Source: Eledone cirrhosa (lineage: Eukaryota). Taken from it: a stretch of 64,000 bases of DNA. The stretch lies in assembly GCA_964016885.1 (NCBI GenBank), contig OZ024742.1, positions 229,276,001 through 229,340,000 of the forward strand, written 5' to 3'. The notes below the pieces were generated by a model. It saw only the letters and a program-made list of their open reading frames with translations. It did no database searches and had not been told where the DNA came from. The position numbers and the translations under genes are program-made. Positions 24,321 to 38,025 of this stretch are shown in pieces; position 1 is the first letter of the stretch, and each line of letters opens with the position of its first letter.

Positions 24321-24699
24321 TAACCAAATTTAGTAGATTACATCAACGATGAATAAAGAGTCTTCCTCAAGGACACAATGCATTGTTGGAATCAAACTCA
24401 CAACCTTACAATCCCGAGTCTAACAGCATAACCATTATGTCATGGGCTTTTACACATGCAGTATACGTAAACATATCAGCAGCTATAAACACGGCTGTTG
24501 TCTTCTACGCATAAAAATCCTCTACTTTATTGTGAAACAATATTTTTACAAACAACTAAAGAAAATTTAAGTATTCTTCCATAAAAGAGCTTCAGCTATT
24601 TCTCCTTCATATTGTTGTTTATATCGAATGTTTTCTTTTTTAAATCCACATTATATTACTGTAAAACAAAACATCTGCCTTCGACCCCTCCGCTGGTTA

Positions 24700-24721
24700 T
24701 TTGATGTTGATGCTGCTGCTT

Positions 24722-24753
<32 letters not shown>

Positions 24754-25305
24754 GGCGTAGGCGGTGTTCTTTGGTGATGTTGGTGTTGTTGTTAGTGAAA
24801 TTTTTGATGAGGTATTGTTGTTGCTGCTGTTGTTGTTAGTGCTGATGATGTTGTTAATGTTGATGGTGTTGTTACTGTTGTTGTTAGTGCTGATGCTGTT
24901 GTTACTGTTGTTGTTAGTGCTGATGCTGTTGTTACTGTTGTTGTTAGTGCTGATGCTGTTGTTACTGCTGAGACTGTTGTTACAGTTGTTGTTAGTGTTG
25001 TTGTTAGTGTTGATGGTATTGTTACTGTTGTTGTTAGTGCTGATGCTGTTGTTACTGTTGTTGTAATTGAAGTTAGTGTTGTTATTGTTGCTGCTGCCGT
25101 GGTTAGTGCTGATGTTGTTGTTACTTATTCTTGCTGCTCTTGATGTAATTGTTGTTGTTGTTGGTGGTGGTGTATGTGCTACTATTCTTATTGTCGCTAC
25201 CGTTGGTGCTGTTGCTGTTGCTGCTGTTGTTGTTGTTACTGCTGTTGTTGCTAATATTGGTTTTATTGCTGCTTCTGTAGTTGTTGTTGTTGTTGCTGTT
25301 GTGTC
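24700..25305. repeat. (GTT)n-based tract with 30-bp higher-order unit
   Basis: gttactgttgttgttagtgctgatgctgtt repeats within ~24870-25065. Confidence 0.9.
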
Positions 25306-25999
25306 ATCCATTTACATAAGACCTGCAATTTTATTAAACGTCGTTTAGGAATGGAAGGACTGTTAGATTTTAGATTTTTATAACTCAGTTTAATTTTAGA
25401 TGCATTTTGTTATCTATTTTCCTGATCTTTGCACTTTTCAAAATAATTTGACATATATAACTACACACATAGCGCTTTTTCTCTCAATATATATATATAC
25501 ATAATACATACATACATATATATTTATATATATATATATAGATAGATAGATATATATACATATACACATATATATACATGTTTATATATATATACTTATA
25601 TATATATATATACATATACACATATATATACATATTTATATACACACACACACACATATATATATATAAAAGAAAATTTTCGCTCTACATGGCTGAATAC
25701 AATAAATGTAATCTGAGTTTTTCGAATATTAATAATAACATTCCATTCGTTTGCAATTATGCAAACGGGCCTCAATTTTATAGCCAATTTTATCGAATGA
25801 ACCCTTTACACATACATATATACATATGTATGTATATGTGCATAAAATTGTGTGTATAAAATTACAGCTTACACAGAAGGACAAACCCTACCACAGCTGT
25901 AGTTTGGAGATTTTTATAATTCCGGCATCTTCCGAAACTTTTGCTCCTTCTAGTGGTGCCAAGCATTTATGAGGATAACAGCAAATTTCCGGATCTTAT

Positions 26000-27410
26000 G
26001 GTCTCCTTTGTAGCACAACTTTACTCGTTATCCATGCCTCTATCACTAGAATCGTGTCGATGCTGTAACAACCCAGCCATTGAGGAATCATGATCTTTAA
26101 TTGTTGCTGAGGTTTTTCCCTCTGATCTCAGCGTTGGCCTTTCCTCCAAATACCTTTATCATGTCCTTAATGAAACTTCTTCCACCCCTTTCGTATGTTT
26201 AAATTATATCTGTACTTTCCTTTCCAAGTCCAATACCATCCAAGTAAAACATTGTCGATTTAGCCATCAATCCACGCTATCCCACCTTAACTGCGCGCAA
26301 TGTACACTGCCATCCTCAACCCTCACGTGACGGTCTGAGTTCTTCATATTTTATGTACTTTCATTCAAGAGAATACTCCATATTGACTTACTAAGACACC
26401 GTCAGTTAAATATAATCAGGAATTCATTTTGTCAAGCCTGATAATTCTATAAGGACAGGACGTTGTGTTACTAAAGGAATATTTCTAGTGAATACTAGCA
26501 CTATTTTCAGGTCAATCTGTACTTCCTTATCATTGGCCCTTCACAGAATCCTAGGTACCAATGTTCCTTTCCCCCTCCTGCGTTGTATCTCCATCCGTGT
26601 GGAAGACAATAGGGTGCAGCCTTGTCTTGTTTTTCTTAAGTACTAGTATGAAATTGTTTTCATGATTTATTAACGAGGGCCCTAGGACTTTGCTCCACCA
26701 TCAATCATATTCTTCCTGTGATGGCTAACATATTGCCAGAACACGTTCCAAAGATACATAACACCCACACAAATGACACTCAGCATTACCACTCCATTCA
26801 CCCGGTCTATTATTAGCTGGGGGTGGGAGCACAGAAGAAATTGCAGCCTGATCGGTTTCGTTTTCTATAATCTGTCCTACAGCAGATAACTTTGTTCCAC
26901 TGTCTTCCATGCTGCCCAAGCATTCTGGCTCATGAATCCTGATTTGGTCGCATGCTGATCACCCTGAATGTGACCAATTTATTCTATTACAATTTCTCTT
27001 CGTCCTTTGTTATTTTGACGGCATATTCACTTGTTCTCTGTTCGTCCCAGCCCTACCCGTGCGTATTACTTCCTTCATTTCTAGGTTAGTGCAAGCATTT
27101 CTCATTCTCCGTTTTCTTTCTGCTACAAAAGTTAGCCGGGCAAACCGAACAGCGGGGTCCCTCAAATTTCATATTATCATATGGACGAGGACATGTACTA
27201 CGTTAGCCTCCTCCACCTGACATATTAAAGGCAGTTGGAGTTTCAAGGTAGTTCTAAAAAGCGCAATGTTTGTAAAGTTTATCGGGAGACCAAACATTTA
27301 TTTCCTGCACTCTTTTGGGGAGTATTTCATGAATGAAGAACATCTCCCGATTCAAGAACATAGGCAAAAGGTCAAGTTGGTAGCACTATAGCTTAAATTT
27401 CGTTGCCAAT
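26000..27410 (-). pseudogene. Decayed HERO/NeSL-like RLE retrotransposon 3' half
   Basis: Translated pieces TNIALF..LKLQLPL, LPPPAN..CHLCG..SL..VL..C, KYEELR, GWQCTLRAVKVG*RG fit HERO-type C-terminal motifs; many disablements. Confidence 0.6.
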
Positions 27411-27411
27411 G

Positions 27412-27690
27412 TAGGCATAATTCGCTTAGTGGGTAGAGAGTTGGATTCACAGTTATGAGTTTGGTAGTTTGATTCCCTGACTGGGCGATATGTTATGTCC
27501 TTGAGCAAGGCAGATATTTCACGTTGCTACAGTTCACTCAGTTGTAGAAATGAGTTGCGACGTCACTGGTGCTAAACTTTATCGGCCTTTGCTTTTCTCT
27601 TGGACGTTATTGCTGGTGTGGAGAGGGGAGACTGGTACGTACGGGCGACTGCTGGTCTTCTACAAAAGCACTCTGCCCATGGTCATTCGT
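27412..27690 (+). mobile_element. tRNA-derived SINE family 2
   Basis: tRNA-like head, then tgtccttgagcaaggc...tttcacgttgct..agttcactcag. Confidence 0.65.
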
Positions 27691-27729
27691 GACAGCGGCT
27701 GATCATTATATATTTTTCTTATATTTATA

Positions 27730-28231
27730 TTTTTTCCTCAGCTGCGATTGTCTGTTTCCCCTCTCTGTTTTCCCTCTCTTTGTATCTCTCAACTTCTTTT
27801 TACCCCCTCTGCTAGTCACACTCTCTCTCAGCTGGCCTCTTCCTCGCACTTCCACTCACTCACTCTCTGCTTCTCCCCCTCTCTCACTTCCTCCCGTTTG
27901 ACCTGTGTGAAATCCTTTTCTCGCTCACATCTCACCCAAGTCGGATGGTCTGTATCTCTCGTCCATGATTTCACCAAGCTTAAGCTTACAGATATCATGT
28001 ACTTGTCTCTTCCTATCTTTCCGTTGCAATACCATATTTGTTTGTTTACATGTCTCGCTCGTTTCATCCTATTTTACTTGTCCCAATAACTTTATTTAGT
28101 TATTGCTCGCACCAACCAGAGGTATATGATTTTTAATGCGATGAAATACCAATGAAGGTTGGAAGATCACTGATGAAGGACTAATTTTATTCATATGTAA
28201 CCCATGTGCAACCACGCAGCACTCCATTTTT

Positions 28232-28232
<1 letters not shown>
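27730..28232 (+). repeat. Unclassified dispersed repeat, related to 63245-63800 (reverse)
   Basis: Shared blocks cccaataactt(t)attt(t)agt, gaaatacc(a/g)atga and gaagatcactgatga in the same order; both abut (TA)n. Confidence 0.65.
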
Positions 28233-28291
<59 letters not shown>

Positions 28292-28295
<4 letters not shown>

Positions 28296-28445
28296 GTTGC
28301 CTGTAAACCTTCACATGCCGCTTCAGTCTTGCTACAGATCGACATTCTTAACCACATTCATTACATTTTGCAATACCCTGGAGATCATAGATCACTGGTT
28401 CTCTTTGAACATGGCTGCAACTGTGGCTTCTGAGACCACATACAG
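28292..28445 (-). pseudogene. Probable RTE-type 3' end with degenerate C2H2 finger
   Basis: Translates KCNECG*ECRSVARLKRHVKV then runs into (TA)n. Confidence 0.4.
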
Positions 28446-30444
28446 GCATGTATACATACATATATACATACATACATATACATACATATGTTCATACATT
28501 CTTATGAACGGTTCTCATTTAATGTAAGTGTTTCATATACTTTTTCCGCATTAAATTTGGCAATTTTGCTACTTAAGTTATCAGTCAGTTCATTTGAATA
28601 ATTATAATTTCTGCCAACTTGCAATTTCTCTCTGTAACGAAGCAATTAATTAGATTACCATTAATATATGTGCTAACGAGCGTAAAGAGTGATGTTTTCT
28701 AACTATTTTCCTATTTGTTTTAATCACGTCGATATTTTCATTAAATATAAATGTTAAACAATTAATGTTATCATACTACAAGTCACATTGCTGTTATTAA
28801 GATGAACTGACACAGTATTTTAGGGATATTTCCATTTCTTGATACTTCTGCTGTAAAAAGCATTATCTAACCCTTTCGTTGCCATATTTGCAACGGAAAA
28901 CTGCTTATCCTTTTCAAATAATTTTGAAAATAATCAAGAATTTAGAGAAATTTAGTAATGTAACTAACTTTGTCAATATCAAGCTGGTGTTTGGAATATA
29001 TTTTAACACAAGTTCTTATATGAAAGGTTCTTAGATACCTTAACCTTTTCATGATAGGCTTTTAGAAAATTTAACACTTTCATTGTCATATTTCTAGGTT
29101 TTTCCCATAATTGTGAAACTAATCAAGAATTTACTCATTTTTAATCTGGTGTTTAGAACATAGCTTAATAAAGTTTAGATAACTATAAAATCTTTAACAC
29201 ATTCGTTATAAAGTTTCTAATAAACAGCATGGAGTATGGGTTTCAAATACTCAATTTTAAGAGATTATAGTAATGTAACTAAATTTCTCATGATTAAGTT
29301 AGTATTTTGAAAAATAAACGTATGATAGAAGGGATCTAATACAATACAAACATCTTTATATCATACAAACAAAGGTAGTTTAATGCAGTTTGGCATCAAA
29401 AGAGTTAATCATCATTTGTTGTTGTTGTATAAATTCAAGTGAGTCTAGATCATGTAAACTTGTGATCAAAAGCATTCCAGCTGTTACCTTCTGATGTACT
29501 TTCAACACAATGTCTTCTAAGATTACGTTATCCACGTGTCATTCCTTATTTTTTTAAAGATGGTAAGGTGTGATTTAAGCTAGAGCTGGTTGCATTTCCT
29601 AGTAGTACATGCGACAGTATAGATATTCTGTCGTTGGCTAACCTATGTGTAAAACACAGCTATATCATGCTATATACTAGATCTAAAAAGATATGAAGGC
29701 TACCATTCTCTTCATTGCACCAGAGATTAGTATTTGAAATTTACAATTATATCGTGAAATTACATCGCAGTCTTTGCGACCTGGTGACTGACGCCAAGAA
29801 ATAACTTTCACACTTTTTCTATGGATTTGATTTGGAAAAATGATTATTCCACTACATAATTGCTTTAATTTCAACACATCAAGCCACTTTCCAGATAAAT
29901 ACAACTGTAGATAAAATGATTCTTCCACATTGTAATTGCTTTTTTTCAATACATGACCTCAGATCAAGTCACTTGCCAGACATGTAAAACGATGGCTTAA
30001 GTGACCTTTTCTCAATGTGATGGAGTTAGTTTCAGCACAAAGTCTCAGATCAAATTACGTGATGGATGGTTCAATTCTGAAGCTTGAAATTTGAATTATT
30101 TTATATTCTTTATATTTTTGTTCTAATTTTGTATTACGATAATAATATAAGTCGAATTTAAGTGAGAAAATTAATTAAATTAAACTTCATATGAAGACTT
30201 CCCACTCCACCTTTAAATCTACATGTTGGATGCTGCTACACGCGTAATAAGACAAAGTAAAACTCCATTAGCATCTGATAATCAGCAGCTTTGGAAATAT
30301 TAACGTCTGAATGGATTATCTAATTAATAAATTTTCGTTCAGAAGAGGTAATAATACGCTGGATTGTTGATTTTAGTTCTGAATCCGATCAACATCCTGT
30401 AAGCGATTTATGCGTGTGATTCCTTTTTTATTATTTGTTTTACG

Positions 30445-30862
30445 GAGGATTGGCAGTATCAGTAGAGGCTCGGACTCCATGCTTTGCAGTATAGAGTTAC
30501 GGCCCTTTATGATCTGAGTTCAAATCCCGCCGAGGTTAACTTTGCCTTTCATCATAACGGGGTCGATAAAAATAAAGTACCAGTCACGCACTGAGATCGA
30601 TTTAATTGACTTTCCTCTTCCCCAATATTGCTGGACTTGTGCCTATAATAGAAATCATTATTTGATTTTACAAGGGCGGTTGTTTGGCTGTATCGGTAGA
30701 GCATCAGACACCACGCTTTGCAGCATAGAATTATCACCCTTGAACGGTCTGAGTTCAAATCCGCCGAGGTTAACTTTGCCTTTCATCCTTACGGGGTCGA
30801 TAAGATAAAGTACCAGTAATGCACTGGGGTAATTGCGGACCTCGTTCCAAAAGTAGAAACAT
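30445..30862 (+). mobile_element. Two tandem SINE family 1 copies
   Basis: ~30445-30660 (long form) and ~30672-30862 (short form). Confidence 0.88.
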
Positions 30863-31195
30863 TATTTGTTTTTACAAGAATCAGGGAAGGCACGTAGTTT
30901 AGTGGTCCTCGTGTTCGGCTTACGATGGTAATGTTGTAAGTTTGATTTCCGGCAGTGCGTTGTTCCTTGAAAATATATATTACTAGCTGAGGTACCCAGC
31001 TTCGCCAAGGTTAACAAATGATAAGAGAAGACCGGCAGAAGAGACAACGTCTGTATTGAATGCATTGTCTTGTTTGCAGTGTGTAGTATTGTGTGTGTGT
31101 GTGTATGTTTGTGTGTGTTTGTATATATATATATATGAATGTGTGTGTGTGTGTGAGTATTCGTGTGTGTGTGTGTGAATATATATGCATATGTG

Positions 31196-31247
<52 letters not shown>

Positions 31248-32279
31248 TGTTCGTGTGTGTGAGTGTTCGTGTGTGTGCGTGTGTGTGTGCGTGTCGTGTG
31301 TGTGTAAACCACCGTTGGAATCGGAGACATAGGCTCGAAACACGATCATCACTGACAACGAACTCGCAGAGCGAATCCCTTATGGTTGATTCCCAACCTG
31401 CTAGAAATAGCAGTCAGGTTTGTTAGCATACGTGGTATGTCTTTCTTCTTCTTTGGTGTTATAAAATTAGTATCAATAAACTTTCCTGGATATACTCTTA
31501 TCCAAATCCTGTACATACTTTCCGATTGTCACTTTTCGTTTTTTTTCGTGTGATACGCGAAGGAACCAACCAACAAACATGTCTCTTTTATATCTCTTTT
31601 ATATCTCTTTTATTTGTTCATTCAAAATATTTTTCAGCTAATTCTGTTATACAATATACATCAGCAATCGTTATCTAATGTTTAAATCATATGAATAGCT
31701 GCGATATAAGCACAATATCAATCAAAAACGATATGAGAAGTGAATACCATACTAAAGCGCCAGTAAGCTTGCTAAGAACCTCCAGATAGAAATGTTAATA
31801 AATACAACATTTGGCTTGGGTAAACTTTAAGATGTTCTTTCATTGTAGGTTTCTTTTCTCCTTCTCCCCCTCCCCTCCTCTTTGAGAGTTACAACAATAA
31901 AAGTTGAACAGAGAACAAATTTTTTAACAAACTTTACAATAATTTGTAAAACCATAATGGATATTCCAAGTAACAGAAAATATATAAATTACATTATTAG
32001 AGCCTCAGAATATACAATTGACCATGGTTTTCCCAGATGAAGGCCAGCCACATTTAGGGTTTTACCCTGAGCTTTGTTGATGGTAATCGCGAAGCTTAAT
32101 CTCTCTGTTGCTCTAGTAACATTTTTTCTTCTGTAAAATCTGATCTTGCGGCCAGGCTAGGACTTTTGGGTGGCATATCGGCAGTAACAATGATGATAAG
32201 CCGTCTGTGCCTTCGTGAAATAAATACGTTTGTTTATATTTTGTTTTTGTGTATGCAAAAATATCTGTACTCGAATATA

Positions 32280-32332
<53 letters not shown>

Positions 32333-32500
32333 TAAAATAACAGATTAAAGTTTAAGAAAAGAATCGCTGCTTTCACCCTTAACGGGATCTTCTGAAACTA
32401 AAAAATCAATCTGTGAACGCAGAAGTAAATATTTCGAAAAACGTTGCAACCGAAAGAAAACAGGAAGATGATACTTTGGTTCGTGAAGACGTTAGGAATG
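32333..32500 (-). mobile_element. Fragment of Penelope family B terminal repeat
   Basis: Matches ~52050-52210. Confidence 0.8.
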
Positions 32501-32555
32501 TGGTATAACCGGAAGTGTTGACATTTGAACATTTTAAAGAAGTGAATATTTAAAT

Positions 32556-32735
32556 AATTGTTTCTACTTTAGGCACAAGGCCAGCAATTACCCAGTGCAT
32601 TACTGGTACTTTATTTTATCGACCCCGTAAGGATGAAAGGCAAAGTCAACCTCGGCGGGATTTGAACTCAGATCATAAAGGGACGTAACTATGCTGGAAA
32701 GCATGGTGTCCGACTCTCTACCGATACTGCCAATC
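32556..32735 (-). mobile_element. SINE family 1 nested in the Helitron
   Basis: Near-identical to 9971-10157. Confidence 0.88.
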
Positions 32736-33481
32736 AAAATAATGTCTTTAATCTCTTAAAATTCAGTAGACAAAAATACTCTCACTTTTTACTTGGAAAA
32801 AGTTACATCTATGGTGCAAATTTGGTGCTGTTTGGTCCAGCCGTTTGGCAGAAAGTTTGTTACCTACATACGGCCGTCAGCTTTATAGTATAGATTTCAC
32901 GTTGCTCCAGTTTACACAGCTTTGTGGGAGGAGCTGCTAGAAATGGCAGCCCAAAACCACTCAAAGAAACGTGTTCAGGATTCCTTTTCCTTTGAGCCCA
33001 TAATTTACAGGGACTAACGCGAGTCTATGGCTCCGTTAATTTATTTTGATATTTCACTCCTTATAACAGTCTTTCCTCTCTCTCTCTCTCTGTGTTTGGT
33101 TGAGCACGTTTCTTTGAGTGGTTTTGGGCTGCCATTTCTAGCAGCTCGACCCACAAATACCACGGGTTTCTGTCCTATGTACGCTGTCACATCTCTCTAC
33201 CACGTGTTGCAGGACGGTTATCTTATATATTCTTAGAGTTGTCTGGAATGTATTTACCTAACAGACGCTGATGACCCATAGGTGTTTCCATTTGAGTCAA
33301 TAATTTTTTGGCAAATCAAATCTCTTTGGATTTGTACGTGTGTGATATATAGTTATAGAGGTGGGTATACATATTTTCATTTATATATTTAATTATTATG
33401 TGTCTACCTCACCTTCCGTAGTTTATAGATTCCATACACTGGTGGTTTCCCTGTTTATTGATGGCACACACACACACACCC

Positions 33482-33533
<52 letters not shown>

Positions 33534-33540
33534 ACACACA

Positions 33541-33598
<58 letters not shown>

Positions 33599-33687
33599 CT
33601 CTCTAGGGTGTTATCCTTTCTATATATATATATATATATATATATACGATATTAAACAAATGGAAACTATATTTATAAAACCATATT

Positions 33688-33762
33688 TATTTCATTATAC
33701 ATATTTCGGGGGTACCATATTAAAAATATTAAAAATATGGCATGCCTTCTTCAGATAAAATA
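33688..33762 (-). ncRNA. Minimal type I hammerhead ribozyme (left arm)
   Basis: Mirror copy of 33789-33863 with intact core. Confidence 0.7.
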
Positions 33763-33788
33763 CAATATATAAACAGTTTTATATATTG

Positions 33789-33863
33789 TATTTTATCTGA
33801 AGAAGGCATGCCATATTTTTAATATTTTTAATATGGTATCCCCGAAATATGTATAATGAAATA
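33789..33863 (+). ncRNA. Minimal type I hammerhead ribozyme
   Basis: Stem I tattttat/atgaaata, CUGAAGA, long stem II, GAAA, 2-bp stem III, AUA site. Confidence 0.72.
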
Positions 33864-34047
33864 AATATGGTTTTATAAATATAGTTTCCATTTGTTTAAT
33901 ATCGTATATCTACTCCAAAACTTGTTGAGTGCTTTATATCAGCTATAAAATATTTACTTGTTGTAACCCAACAATTTTAAATAAAACTTTTGCATATATA
34001 TATATATATTTATAAGTAAGAGTGAGAAATGAAATTTCATTTTTTCC

Positions 34048-34127
<80 letters not shown>

Positions 34128-34132
<5 letters not shown>

Positions 34133-34740
34133 TATTGAAGTTTGCTTGAAGCATTGTGGAATAATAAGATTTATTTATTTTGGTTGTTTTGGAAGCCTCA
34201 ACAATGCAGATGGGTAAATCTCCGGGTAACAGAGTCCGGTGGTGAAGAGAGAGATGTAACGGAATGTAGAATGAGATGTATAGTGTGTAGAGGAACGTAG
34301 AAAAGAGCGTAAAAATAAAAATAATAACAAGATATAGAGTTACCTTGGGAGAGATTTAATTGTCCCTATATTTCGGATTCGCATTCATCAACTGGGGGGT
34401 TTTCGGAGGGGGTGCGGGTTATCCGTCGGAGAGCAGCGGTACGTGTCCTCTGCTGTCCGCTGTTTGTGACTAAGTTAGTCACAAACAGCGGACAGCAGAG
34501 GACACGTACCGTTCCTATCCCGAAAACATCCCAGTTGATAAATGCGAATCCGAAATATAGGGACAATTAAATCTCTCCCAAGGTAACTCTATTTTTATTT
34601 TTACGCTCTTTCCTACGTTCCTCTACACACTATACATCTCATTCTAAATTCCGTTACATCTCTCTCTTCACCACCCGGAGATTTACCCATCTGCATTGTT
34701 GTGGCTTCCAAAACGACTAAAATAAATAAATAAATAAATA
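34128..34740. repeat. Fold-back element, ~280-bp arms
   Basis: Inverted repeat centred ~34472 (gtgactaa g ttagtcac), ~40-nt extra tail on the left, in (TA)n. Confidence 0.9.
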
Positions 34741-35288
34741 TATATATATATATATATTATATTATATTATATTATATTATATTATATTATATTATATTAT
34801 ATTAAATTCAGGTGAGAAAAAACTCTATCTATGAGAGTACAAGCCAGATAGATGAAAACAATATTCTATCTAAATTCGCTTATATAAAGATCTCTGTGTT
34901 TCTTTTCGTTTGCGGAAGAACTCTTATTTGAATTACCAATAATTGAAGTATCCGCAATGCTATTCAGGGGAAATTAATTCTTCAAACGTTAAATGAAAAT
35001 TAACCAAGAAATTATACATAGTTTCATTTGCAGAGGCAGCATGTTGACTAAAAGTCACGTTGTGTAGTATAAATATTATGTGATCGAAAATCTCTTAACG
35101 GATTAGGAATATTCGACAGGCATACAATGCCGCTAGAAATAGTAGCCCAAAACCGTTTGTTAAAACTCGACAAATTAAGGAGCAGTTTGATTAAAAGTTA
35201 ATAAGTCCCTAATACTTAAACAATATTAGAGACTAATTGGTCTGGAGCAGTAGTCTGTTAATTTGGAATTGTGGGCATATACTCCATG

Positions 35289-35339
<51 letters not shown>

Positions 35340-35346
<7 letters not shown>

Positions 35347-35515
35347 TAACAGATTAAAGTTTAAGCAAAAATCGGTGAGAGCAGCGATTCTTTGCTTAAA
35401 CTTTAATTAGTTATTTTAATAAATATTTGCTCTAGGGTTCTTATATATTTGATATATATTTATCCTTATCGAGCCCTCTTTGGATTTTAGTCTTCAAATT
35501 TATTATTATTACTAT
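35340..35515. mobile_element. Mini fold-back of Penelope family B 3' end
   Basis: ~35-bp arms plus ~95-nt tail that is the reverse complement of 51957-52050. Confidence 0.85.
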
Positions 35516-35522
35516 ATATATA

Positions 35523-36243
35523 TGAGTGAGTTGGAACTTGGTCGGAGTATCGCTATTAGCTTTCTCCGATTATGTATTTATATATTTACTCTTGGGGCAA
35601 CAGATATGAACTTTCCCGATATAAGGTATGACTCTCTTTGTTTATTTTTTATGTGAATATTGATTGTTTGTTCTTGTATCTCATTCTGTTATTTTGCCCG
35701 AGAAAATATCTATGTGTGTCATTAAGCGATGCGCACATATGGTTATTTTTTCATATCCAATTGAGTTCTTAGCACGTGGCTTGAATTCTTTTCAGAATTC
35801 AAATACCTGCGCATGTATTGTTTTTGGCGGTAGTCTCCTTCCTCCTATTTTCGGGACAGTGTGAGATTTTCTTTAGAACTGCTGTACTAACAACCTAGCA
35901 GCTCCATCAAGCATTGAATGTGTTTATCGCTAAATATTGATGTTGATTTGGTTATCAATATTAATATTATTGGGCACCCACTGAAGAATTATAGGAGCCC
36001 ACTTGAATAAGTATCTGTTGATCTTATACAAGCTTCTACATAATCTGGTATAATTTCACCCAACGTGTCTGGGAAGTGATATATGTGATATATCTCATAT
36101 GAAATGATACAGCCAATTTTCCATACAATACAATTAGTTAGCACCCCGAACGTTTAATTAGGAATATACTTAGGTATTTCCTAATGTTTGTTGAGTGAGT
36201 TGGAATTTGGCCGGAGCATCGCTATTAGCTTTCTCCAATTATA

Positions 36244-36250
<7 letters not shown>
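35523..36250. repeat. ~730-bp unit with ~51-bp direct terminal repeats
   Basis: tgagtgagttggaa(c/t)ttgg(t/c)cggag(t/c)atcgctattagctttctcc at 35523 and 36192. Confidence 0.8.
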
Positions 36251-36334
<84 letters not shown>

Positions 36335-36761
36335 TAAAACTGACGCACATAACTTCACGCATACGTTTTCTCTGTAAGTGCGTCTGTTTGTGCATATGTG
36401 TGTGTATGTGCATGTGAGTGTGTGTGTGTGAATGTGTGTGTGTGTGTGTGTGTGAATGTGTGTGTGTGTGTGTGTGTTTGTACGTATATAATCAATGGAA
36501 AACGTAAGGAGAATAATTCAAGGAAGCCGGTGAAGCCGTACAACTAACTTAAAGAAAATATAAAACATTTAAAATGTATTTTCTTACATTCGTGAAGATA
36601 ATACTATCATTGACATGAGAGAGAGAGAGAGAGAAGCAGAATGAAAGCGATAGAAAGAATGTGAGGGACAGATATAGAGAGAGAGAAGCAGAATGAAAGC
36701 GATAGAAAGAATGTGAGGGACAGATAGAGAGAGAGAGAGAGTGAGAGAGAGTGAGTGAGAG

Positions 36762-36821
<60 letters not shown>

Positions 36822-37157
36822 GAGAGAGAGATATGAGGGGGAATGAGATCCTAAAGACAAATTATATAGAGGAGTAAAATAAACACATGTTGACACTATA
36901 GAAACAAACCTTTTTTCTTGTCTCAGTAACTATATAAATATATAAATACCATAAGCAATGTTTAACTAGTTTACATTTCTACACAATGTATTGTATTTTA
37001 TCTGATTCATTGTGTTATATCCTAATATCATATGAAGGTTTCGTCGTCGGTGGTAGTTTTATAATATATTGTAAATTGATAACACAATACGTATTGTGTT
37101 AGAAATTAATATCCAGGCTCTCTTACCTTCCCTGTCTAACCCCCCCCCTCTCTCTCA

Positions 37158-37240
<83 letters not shown>

Positions 37241-37345
37241 GAGAGTAAAACAAAGAATTCTTTAATACATCAAGAGTTTTTATTAGCCGACAATGTTTCG
37301 TCTTATTAAAGGGTGTTTAACTCAAACACGCTCCAGTATTCTAAT

Positions 37346-37381
<36 letters not shown>

Positions 37382-37580
37382 GTACTATTGACGGACGTGA
37401 GGAAAAGTAACTGAATATAGAATTAAAGTTTAAATATTCATTTAATATGGGTAATTAGCGAGCCTTGGTACTCTGGAACTTCACCTGCGCACACTCAGGT
37501 TCATCTGACAAGCACTATACGTCAGTAGTGTATCCCAGGCAGGTGACTTTGAATAACTGAGTATTCATTTATCAAATGTT

Positions 37581-37672
37581 GGTAGTTAAGACTGGATTAA
37601 ATCACCATAATTGTTTATTTCATTCTATATATAATGCAATAATTATGGTGATTTAATCCCATCTTAACTACC
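37581..37672. repeat. Short inverted repeat (~35-bp arms)
   Basis: ggtagttaaga...attaaatcaccataatt / aattatggtgatttaat...tcttaactacc. Confidence 0.8.
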
Positions 37673-37690
37673 ATTACTTTGTATATATAA

Positions 37691-37878
37691 GGGCGGGGAA
37701 TTGGCAGTATCGGTAGAGAGTCGGACGCCATGCTTTCTAGCATAGTTACGTCCCTTTACGGTCTGAGTTCAAATCCCGCCGAGATTAACTTTGCCTTTCA
37801 TCCTTACGGGGTCGATAAAATAAAGTACCAGTAATGTACTGGGTAATTGCTGGCCTTGTGCCCAAAGTAGAAACAATT
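37691..37878 (+). mobile_element. SINE family 1
   Basis: Complete copy with A/B boxes and core. Confidence 0.9.
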
Positions 37879-37884
37879 ACTTTG

Positions 37885-37917
<33 letters not shown>

Positions 37918-37919
37918 GA

Positions 37920-38025
<106 letters not shown>

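Larger units (their letters stand above)
30983..32894 (-). mobile_element. Non-autonomous Helitron inserted in a family 2 SINE
   Basis: Minus strand starts TCTATACTATAAA and ends in a hairpin (ccttggcgaagctggg) plus CTAG, between A and T with no TSD; PIF1-helicase remnant RLSFAITINKAQGKTL..HGQLY at ~32011-32102. Confidence 0.88.
33642..33994. mobile_element. Penelope family A fold-back (~130-bp arms plus ~85-nt tail)
   Basis: Near-perfect palindrome centred ~33775, homologous to termini of 47862-51880; in (TA)n. Confidence 0.88.

Noticed and set aside
24697-25311. 204-aa Asn/Thr-rich ORF
   Set aside because: Trinucleotide low-complexity tract with no domain evidence.
37691-37790. tRNA gene
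   Set aside because: A and B boxes belong to a SINE head; no cloverleaf.
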